DNA from: Candidatus Zambryskiibacteriota bacterium
GTDB taxonomy: Bacteria; Patescibacteriota; Minisyncoccia; Phycocordibacterales; WO2-35-19
Length of the DNA stretch: 64,000 nt
Direction: 5' to 3'
Assembly (NCBI GenBank): GCA_043799105.1
Contig: JAZDOB010000010.1
Span: forward strand, 10,516-74,515
A model generated the notes under the pieces. That model did no database searches. It was given only the letters and a program-made list of their open reading frames with translations, and had not been told where the DNA came from. Below are positions 57,389-64,000 of this stretch, piece by piece (the first letter of the stretch is position 1; each line of letters opens with the position of its first letter). A program made the position numbers and the translations under genes.

Positions 57389-59341
57389 ATGGCGCGATCA
57401 ATGGTTTTGGGGAACGGGAATACTTTGGTCTGTCTGGATAAGTTCGGACAGGTCAGGGATTTTTATTTTCCATATGTCGGACAGGAAAATCATATCGGTT
57501 CCAACCAACTGCACAAGATTGGAGTTTTTGTTGATGGCGAAACGCATTGGATAGATAATGGCGAATGGAATGTAGATATAAGATTTGAGAAAAGCACCAT
57601 GGTCTCCAAGATAGAAGCCACAAATGAAAAGGCCAAGATTTTTATGGTCTCGACCGATGTTGTTTATAATGAAAAGAATATTTTTTTGAGAAGAATCACA
57701 CTGACCAACAAGGATCACAGAGCGCGCGATATCAGGATATTTTTCAACCAGCAGTTTAAGATAGGGGATACCAACCATGCGGATACGGCATATTTTTCCA
57801 GCACTATTGAGTCCATCATTCATTACAAAGGCAGGAGAGTTTTTTTGGTTGGCGGTATGGGAGGAAACAACAAGCCGTTTGATGATTACAGCATAGGTTT
57901 TTGCGGAGCTGAGGGTAAAGAAGGCACCTGGAAAGATGCCGAGGATGGAGCTTTGTCTAAAAATTCCATTGAACACGGAGTGGTAGATTCGGTTATCGGC
58001 TGGCAGAGGAATATTCCGGCGGACGGTTCCATGACTTTATATTATTGGGTGATGGCTGGTGAGACTTACAAAGAAGTCTGTGAACTCCTTGAATATGTTT
58101 TTGAAAAGACACCCGAGCACCTAATTGAGTCCACTCAAGATTTTTGGAAAGCTTGGACGGGGCAAGTTGAGTTGTCTTTACCCGGACTGTCTGAAAGAGC
58201 CAAGAATTTGTTTTATGATTCTCTTTTGGTGATGAGGGCGCATTCTGATGACAGGGGGGGAATTTTGGCTTCGGCTGATTCTGGCAATGTGCAATATGGC
58301 GGGGATACTTATGGATACATTTGGCCCAGAGATGCCTGTTTTACGGCCTGGAGTTTTGATATGGCGGGGTTTTATGATGTTTCCAAGAGATTTTACGCTT
58401 TTGCCAACGATATTTTGACCGAGGAAGGTTATGTTTTGCACAAATACCAACCGGACCATTCTTTGGGGAGCTCGTGGCACCCCTGGGTCAAGGATGGGAA
58501 GAGACAGCTCGCTATACAAGAAGATGAGACGGCCGTTCTCCTTGTTGGACTTTGGGAGCATTATATAAGAGCCAAAGATCTGGAATTTATAGAAAGTATT
58601 TATAATAGTTTTATAAAGAAAGCGGCCGACTTCATGATTCATTACAAAGATATTCATTCGGGATTGCCCCTACCCAGTTATGATTTGTGGGAGGAACAAT
58701 TTGGAGTTTCGCCCTTTACTGCCTCTTTAGTCTATGGAGGTTTGATATCGGCTCACAATTTTGCTAAAACTTTGGGTAAAGAGGAGGATGCCAGCAGATT
58801 CTATGGGGAAGCGGAGACTTTGCGTAAGGCCATTATGGCTCTACTCTGGAATGAAGAAGGAAAATATTTTTTTAAACTAAACGGAGACAAATTAGAGAAA
58901 AATATCAATTTGGATGCCAGTAGTTTTTATGGGCCGTTTCGTTTTGGGGTGATATCCGCTGATGACCCGAGGATGAAAGAGGCATTTAAGATATTGAATG
59001 CCAAACTGAGCAGTGGTATAAGCATAGGGGGACTCGCGCGTTATGAAGGTGATAAATATTCTCACGTTGAAGGCGGGTCGGTTGGCAATCCGTGGTTTGT
59101 GACTACGTTGTGGTTCACTCAATATAAAATAGTGACGGCCAACTCTTTGGCGGAATTGGAGGAAGCGGCTAAAGATATAGAGTGGGTGGCAAAATTTGCA
59201 AGGTCAGGTATGCTTTCCGAACAACTCAACCCGTACACCGGCGAGCCTCTGTCAGCGACCCCTCTCACCTGGAGTCATGCCGAATACGTGCGTACTGTCA
59301 TAGAATATGATAAAAAGATTAAACAATGGCAAAAGATATAA
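57389..59341 (+). CDS. Glycoside hydrolase family 15 (glucoamylase-like)
   Basis: YIWPRDA, QEDET, YDLWEE, NPW, LSEQ, PLTWSHA. Confidence 0.92.
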   Translation: MARSMVLGNGNTLVCLDKFGQVRDFYFPYVGQENHIGSNQLHKIGVFVDGETHWIDNGEWNVDIRFEKSTMVSKIEATNEKAKIFMVSTDVVYNEKNIFLRRITLTNKDHRARDIRIFFNQQFKIGDTNHADTAYFSSTIESIIHYKGRRVFLVGGMGGNNKPFDDYSIGFCGAEGKEGTWKDAEDGALSKNSIEHGVVDSVIGWQRNIPADGSMTLYYWVMAGETYKEVCELLEYVFEKTPEHLIESTQDFWKAWTGQVELSLPGLSERAKNLFYDSLLVMRAHSDDRGGILASADSGNVQYGGDTYGYIWPRDACFTAWSFDMAGFYDVSKRFYAFANDILTEEGYVLHKYQPDHSLGSSWHPWVKDGKRQLAIQEDETAVLLVGLWEHYIRAKDLEFIESIYNSFIKKAADFMIHYKDIHSGLPLPSYDLWEEQFGVSPFTASLVYGGLISAHNFAKTLGKEEDASRFYGEAETLRKAIMALLWNEEGKYFFKLNGDKLEKNINLDASSFYGPFRFGVISADDPRMKEAFKILNAKLSSGISIGGLARYEGDKYSHVEGGSVGNPWFVTTLWFTQYKIVTANSLAELEEAAKDIEWVAKFARSGMLSEQLNPYTGEPLSATPLTWSHAEYVRTVIEYDKKIKQWQKI

Positions 59342-60741
59342 GTTGGAAAACAACCATAGGCCTAGAAATACATGCGGAGCTCAAAACAAAAACAAAGATG
59401 TTTTGTTCGTGCAAAAATGACACGGATGAAAAAAGGCCCAATGTAAATATTTGCCCTATTTGTATGGGGCACCCCGGCACGCTACCCGTCATAAACAAAG
59501 AGGCCGTGAAGAATGTCCTAAAAGTCGGGCTTGCGCTGGGGGGAAAACTGGCTGATTTTACAGAATTTGACCGCAAAAATTATTTTTACCCGGATATTCC
59601 GAAGGGTTATCAGATTAGCCAATACAAACATCCTCTGGTTTCGGGAGGAGAGCTTTTGGGAGTAAAAATAACGAGGGTTCACTTGGAAGAAGATACGGCG
59701 CGTTCGAGCCACGGAATGGGGGACACAGATGATTCGTCCCTTCTTGATTTCAACAGGGCCGGAGTGCCGCTTATGGAGCTTGTGACGGAGCCGGTAATAC
59801 ATTCGTCCGAAGAAGTCGTCAAGTTTGGCGAAGAATTGCAGTTGCTTTTGCAGTATCTGGGGGTGGCGGAGGCCAATATGGAAAAAGGGGAAATGAGGCT
59901 TGAGGCCAATATCTCAGTCAGCAATACCGATAAACTGGGCACAAAAGTAGAAATTAAAAACCTTAACTCCTTCCGGTCGGCGGAAAAAGCCATAGAGTTT
60001 GAAATAAAGAGGCAAATAGAAGCTCTAAAAAACGGCGAAAAAATAAGCCAAGAGACCAGAGGTTGGGACGACAAGAAGCAGGTTACCTTTTCTCAGAGGT
60101 CCAAAGAAGACTCGCACGACTACAGATACTTCCCTGATCCCGACTTGCCAAAACTTAAATTAAGCGAGACAGCCGAGTTTGACGAAAAAACATTGCGTAC
60201 CCAAATACACGAAACTCCTAAAGAAAAAAGGGAGAGATTAAAGAAAGATTACAATATAAAAGAGAGCGATATTGATTTTTATATTTCAAATATTAAACTG
60301 GGCTCTCTGTTTGAAAAAGCTTCACTCGGCCTCAGCCCCAGAGATTTTCAACTGCTCTCAAACTACATAGTGAGCGACATTGCCAGTTTGGGGGAGAGAG
60401 GGTTTTCCATAAATCCAGAGAATCTCTCGTCCCTGATTTCTATGTTTATAAAAGGGGAGGTGTCTTCACGGGGGGCGAAGGATATTCTTTCCAAAATGGC
60501 GGAGAGTGATAGGAACCCAAAAACAATAGCAGAAGAAGAAGGGCTGTTCCAAAAAAGCGATGAGGAAGAACTTGAAAAAGTTGCAAATAAAATAATATCC
60601 GAAAACACAGAAGCTGTTTTAGAGTATAAAAACGGCAAAGTTTCAGCTCTGCAATTTCTGGTTGGGCAGGGTATGAAGGCTACCGGAGGCTCGGCCAATC
60701 CTCAAATATTGAAGGCTATTTTTGAGAAACTTATCGGCTAA
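59326..60741 (+). CDS. gatB: Asp/Glu-tRNA amidotransferase subunit B
   Basis: IGLEIH, PGTLP, FDRKNYFYPD.PKGYQISQ, HLEED, DFNRAGVPLME, YRYFPDPDL. Confidence 0.97.
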   Translation: MAKDISWKTTIGLEIHAELKTKTKMFCSCKNDTDEKRPNVNICPICMGHPGTLPVINKEAVKNVLKVGLALGGKLADFTEFDRKNYFYPDIPKGYQISQYKHPLVSGGELLGVKITRVHLEEDTARSSHGMGDTDDSSLLDFNRAGVPLMELVTEPVIHSSEEVVKFGEELQLLLQYLGVAEANMEKGEMRLEANISVSNTDKLGTKVEIKNLNSFRSAEKAIEFEIKRQIEALKNGEKISQETRGWDDKKQVTFSQRSKEDSHDYRYFPDPDLPKLKLSETAEFDEKTLRTQIHETPKEKRERLKKDYNIKESDIDFYISNIKLGSLFEKASLGLSPRDFQLLSNYIVSDIASLGERGFSINPENLSSLISMFIKGEVSSRGAKDILSKMAESDRNPKTIAEEEGLFQKSDEEELEKVANKIISENTEAVLEYKNGKVSALQFLVGQGMKATGGSANPQILKAIFEKLIG

Positions 60742-60745
60742 AGGG

Positions 60746-61393
60746 TTACAGGAGGGGTTCTTTCGCTGTACTGGTAGACACAAAATCCCTATATTTTGCC
60801 TGGTCTTTAAACTGTCTTAATACAATATCGGTAGAGATCAAATCGCCCCACCTGTTTAGACCTATGTAGTCCTGGTAGCTCGACCAGGGGTACTTGTCGT
60901 AGGTGTCTCCCCAGGCGCCGATCTCTTTCGGATTTTTGTGTATGTATGCTGATAAGTGCAAAAGCTGATTGTTGTTTTTAACATGTACCGCTCCGAACGG
61001 CCCGTGAAATACGTGACCCTTTTTGTTGTACTTGGCATTGAAATATTTACTGTAGGCGGTAAGTACTCGGTGCATATAAACGGAAAGAATACCGTCTTCC
61101 AAGTTTTGTATCAAAATATGGAAATGGTTGGGCATGAGGGCAAAGGCAACCAATTCAACATTTCTCTTTTTGAGCATGTCATCAATCTTATCTTTCTTTG
61201 TGCTGAATGAGTTTTTTTCAAGGAAGCTTTTGGTGTACCAAGATATGTTGTATATCCGGGTGGGGGATTGGAAATGGGTAATAAGAAATATAAATCTGGC
61301 GCGATCTTTATCGTCTAAAAATATTTTTTCTTTATTAACGCCTCTGCCGAAGAGATGATAATATTCTTTTTCTGCAAAATTTTCGTATCTCAT
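60746..61393 (-). mobile_element. REP-associated tyrosine transposase (RAYT, Y1/HUH family)
   Basis: YYHLFGRG, AFALMPNHFH (HUH), YSKYFN, GHVF, YIHKNP, YPWSSY. Confidence 0.88.
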
Positions 61394-61459
61394 GATGTTT
61401 TTGGTATGGCAGTAGTATAGCAGGAGCTCAAAAGTGCCACTATTGGGTGTGTGGATAAC

Positions 61460-61503
61460 TACTAAACGCTCAGCGTCTAATATTAGACGCTGAGCGTTTA
61501 GTA
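61460..61503. repeat. Perfect 44-bp palindrome (REP doublet-like) upstream of the RAYT
   Basis: tactaaacgctcagcgtctaat|attagacgctgagcgtttagta. Confidence 0.9.
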
Positions 61504-61750
61504 TAGATTTTGGAGTGGGCGTATGGTGTAGTATGGAGATCTTTGGGGGTTGATTAAGGTCGAATTTTGGCTGGGTCGGGGTTAATTTTGGTCAGGTCGG
61601 AGTTTTATTAGGATCGAACTGAGGAGGGGGTCAGACAAAGCTGGGGCGGGGGAGCCTGATTTAAGTTATTCCAATTTGATTTTAATATTTGAGACGAGAC
61701 CGGGTAAATAATAAAGTATAAAATAAGGATATAAAATTAGAATGAATAAA

Positions 61751-61779
61751 AAAATAATCACCATTAGGGTGATTATTTT
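61751..61779. terminator. Hairpin/terminator downstream of the MerR-like gene
   Basis: aaaataatcacc-attag-ggtgattatttt. Confidence 0.65.
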
Positions 61780-61836
61780 GATTTGACTGGTTTTGTTGAA
61801 ATGGGGTATATATATGAGCAAGATCTATAATTTTGT

Positions 61837-62136
61837 TTATGATTTTTCCTCAATATCCGGGTTTCGTTCATTTATATTAACATCTCCCGAGGCGTGCTCT
61901 TCTTCCAGATGGCGGACGGCCAGTTTGCGAATCTCATCTTTTTTCTTTTTTACAATGAAAATATTACTCTCAATCATTTCTATGACTTTGTCAATGTCTT
62001 CTATTTTATAGACCCTATAGTTATTGAAGGGATGGCGGTGAGCTTTGAGCTTACCGGACTTGTCCCAATTTCTCAGAGTGATCTTGGACATACCTAATAT
62101 TTTAGCGGCGTCTTTGATTGTTATGTATGTGTTCAT
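61837..62136 (-). CDS. MerR-type helix-turn-helix protein
   Basis: ITIKDAAKILGMSKITLRNWDKSGKL..HRHPFNNYRVY. Confidence 0.85.
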   Translation of the reverse strand: MNTYITIKDAAKILGMSKITLRNWDKSGKLKAHRHPFNNYRVYKIEDIDKVIEMIESNIFIVKKKKDEIRKLAVRHLEEEHASGDVNINERNPDIEEKS

Positions 62137-62477
62137 TTTATTGGTTATTTTATTGTTTATTACTGAAAATTAAACACTACCAAACCTATATAAACATTAT
62201 TATATCACTATGTATGAATATAAAAGTTTAATAATGTGGATAACTCGCTGTACATAATTTTTTTAACACATTATAATAATTATAGTATTTTGATTAATTT
62301 TGAGTGCAATTATTGGTTTGGACGGTATTTGGGGGTCTTATAAAGATAAAACAACAATCAAACAAAGCAGACCGGAATGAGATAAAAATATATTAAAAAA
62401 GTTTAGAAAAAAATAAAAATTTCGATACTAAAAAATTAAATTTTTTATATTGATTTATCCCCAACTTTTTTATTCAT

Positions 62478-62560
62478 CTCGTCTAGCCGAGATTGTATAA
62501 TATCCTTAATGGATAAGGATATTAATCTCCACGGCAAGAAATATATCTCGGCTAGACGAG
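62478..62560. repeat. 16-bp perfect inverted repeats flanking a -10 box and start codon
   Basis: ctcgtctagccgagat (62478-62493) and atctcggctagacgag (62545-62560). Confidence 0.85.
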
Positions 62561-64000
62561 CATCTGAAATCACGGGATACACTAGCGATTACGTTGGACA
62601 ATTATGTCGCGCAAAAAAGATTGATTCGAAGCTCATTGGACGCAGTTGGTATGTCTTAAAAAAAGACATTTTAAAGCACAAAAATTCTAATACCAAGTCT
62701 AGCGAAGAAATTTCAAGAAAACCTTTATTTGTCTCAAGTAAAGATTTTGGTAAAAAGAAGAAAACGGTAAATAAAACGAGAAGTAAAATACTTGAACCGG
62801 TAGTATTTAGATCCGGACTAAATACCAAAAAAATCGCTTATATCAAAGACGATTCGCCGCTTTTCCCCGTTATATCAAGGAAATTTGATTACGAAAGCAC
62901 AAAATACATTGCTTTAGAAAGTGTAGAGAAATCGTTAAATAAGCCCAGACGCAGTCCGTTTGTTGAGAAATTTGCCATAAATACGGCCGTAGTTTCTTTC
63001 GCTCTTCTCTTTGTTTTTGTTTATGTTTTCGGTGAAGAAAAGATTTCCAAGTTAATGCCTTATAAGTTTTTGGAAAATGCAGGCCAAGAAATTTCTTTAT
63101 TATACGGACCTTATATGAACGATGTTCGTGCCAGTTTTAATAAATTTGAACAAAATATTTCAAGCGTAAATCAGAGTGGTGGCCAGCTTGCTTCGGCCAT
63201 ATTTTCTGCGAACACCTGGAACTCGGTTGCCGGTTGGGTAAAAGATACGGCGTATAAAATAGTAAAGCCGTGGTTGAAAGATGATGTGGTTTTGACGACC
63301 TCATCTAACCCCCTTAATCCCCCTTACATTAAGGGGGAGACAGGAAGAGCGATTACAATGAACATCGTGGGGGCTAGCAAGGATTATGTGGATTCGCAAA
63401 TATCGGAATTGAAAAAATATTTTCTAACCCTACCCTTCACTTCCTCTATTGCTCCAAATGTAAACAGATATTACATAACAAACCAAAACGACAGAATTGT
63501 AGATTTAATAAACCAATCCTCGGGAACTTCAAGCGGTGGCGGTACTTCAAATGTTGCCAATCTTTCCGACTTGTCTGACCTCACCCTAACTTCCACCACT
63601 TATGGCGACGTTTTGATATATGACGGAAGCAAGTGGGTGAATACTGCCACCTCAACTTTGGGAATCACAGGCACAGGCGCTTCCTTCGGTCAGGCGTGGG
63701 AGGTAAATGCGGATGGATACCTTGCTCCGACCACGACAATTACGACTCTATTTGGAGATGGATTTCTATCAACAGCTTCCTCAACTATCGTCGGCAACGC
63801 GACTACCACCGGCTCTATGGGGGTCGGAGCTCTTTACATAAACAACGATTATATAACGGATCTTGTGGGGTCGGGACTTTCTCTTACGGGAGGAGTACTT
63901 TCGTCAACCGGGGGTACTGGCAATGTCTCAACATCCACAGTTCCAAATATTGGTGAACTAGCATATTGGACTGGAGACGGAACTCCTTCAACTCTCGGCT
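62509..64000 (+). CDS. Large membrane-anchored surface protein with N-terminal HTH domain (3' end outside window; absent from ORF track)
   Basis: Hand-translated and open to the window end: YISARRASEITGYTSDYVGQLCR..KI...IGRSWYV (HTH), TM segment AVVSFALLFVFVYVF, then S/T/G-rich LSDLSDL..GDVLIYDGSKWVN. Confidence 0.85.
   Translation, partial: MDKDINLHGKKYISARRASEITGYTSDYVGQLCRAKKIDSKLIGRSWYVLKKDILKHKNSNTKSSEEISRKPLFVSSKDFGKKKKTVNKTRSKILEPVVFRSGLNTKKIAYIKDDSPLFPVISRKFDYESTKYIALESVEKSLNKPRRSPFVEKFAINTAVVSFALLFVFVYVFGEEKISKLMPYKFLENAGQEISLLYGPYMNDVRASFNKFEQNISSVNQSGGQLASAIFSANTWNSVAGWVKDTAYKIVKPWLKDDVVLTTSSNPLNPPYIKGETGRAITMNIVGASKDYVDSQISELKKYFLTLPFTSSIAPNVNRYYITNQNDRIVDLINQSSGTSSGGGTSNVANLSDLSDLTLTSTTYGDVLIYDGSKWVNTATSTLGITGTGASFGQAWEVNADGYLAPTTTITTLFGDGFLSTASSTIVGNATTTGSMGVGALYINNDYITDLVGSGLSLTGGVLSSTGGTGNVSTSTVPNIGELAYWTGDGTPSTLG

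Noticed and set aside
60746-61393. Autonomous IS200/IS605 element with tnpB
   Set aside because: No tnpB, and length and motifs (YIHKNP, YPWSSY) fit a RAYT rather than IS200 TnpA.
61460-61660. CRISPR array
   Set aside because: No identical direct repeats with regular unique spacers, and no cas genes.
61400-62500. Replication origin (oriC)
   Set aside because: AT-rich with two or three DnaA boxes, but they are dispersed and interrupted by a gene, and no dnaA/dnaN is in the window. Cannot be supported here.
1-64000. Numerous 60-210 aa antisense or alternate-frame ORFs in the track (e.g. 2558-3034, 39052-39630, 40960-41589, 57398-57976, 63633-63956)
   Set aside because: They overlap well-supported genes and show no recognisable motifs; treated as shadow ORFs.
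61837-64000. Prophage (excisionase plus tail fibre)
   Set aside because: No integrase, terminase or capsid genes; the HTH is fused to a TM-anchored protein, which fits a cellular surface protein better.
1-64000. Alternative genetic code (UGA=Gly, as in Gracilibacteria/Absconditabacteria)
   Set aside because: Conserved genes are full length under code 11 and TGA is used as a stop in several ATGA overlaps.

Overview
AT-rich bacterial chromosome segment using genetic code 11. It is most consistent with a Patescibacteria (CPR, Parcubacteria-like) genome, inferred from near-leaderless genes, a solitary VirD4-like ATPase, DUF5674, a GT-GH57-GH15 glycogen trio and an HTH-fused large surface protein. 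Left end: secF (partial), a DUF4015-like glycoside hydrolase and the VirD4-like ATPase. About 4.2-50.5 kb is one ~46 kb surface-glycan island. It holds many GT4/GT2/GT-C glycosyltransferases, gmd, four cobalamin-dependent radical SAM enzymes plus a ferredoxin, a SPASM radical SAM, several methyltransferases, an ABC flippase and a KpsS-like transferase. It also holds a pseB-pseC-spsF-pseI pathway with no recognisable pseG/pseH but with ATP-grasp, FemAB-like and extra aminotransferase genes, three counter-oriented DUF218 genes and an O-antigen-ligase/TPR gene. Next comes a structured intergenic region (candidate sRNAs and a 13-aa Lys-rich micro-ORF), then a secA lacking most of the helical wing domain, glycogen genes and gatB. 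Right end: a RAYT-type tyrosine transposase beside a perfect 44-bp palindrome, a MerR-like HTH gene, and the start of a large HTH-TM-tail-fibre-like protein missing from the ORF track, whose -10 box and start codon lie between 16-bp inverted repeats. Short palindromic repeats occur both intergenically and in frame inside genes. No tRNA, rRNA or CRISPR array was recognised. All calls come from reading motifs by eye; no database searches were run.
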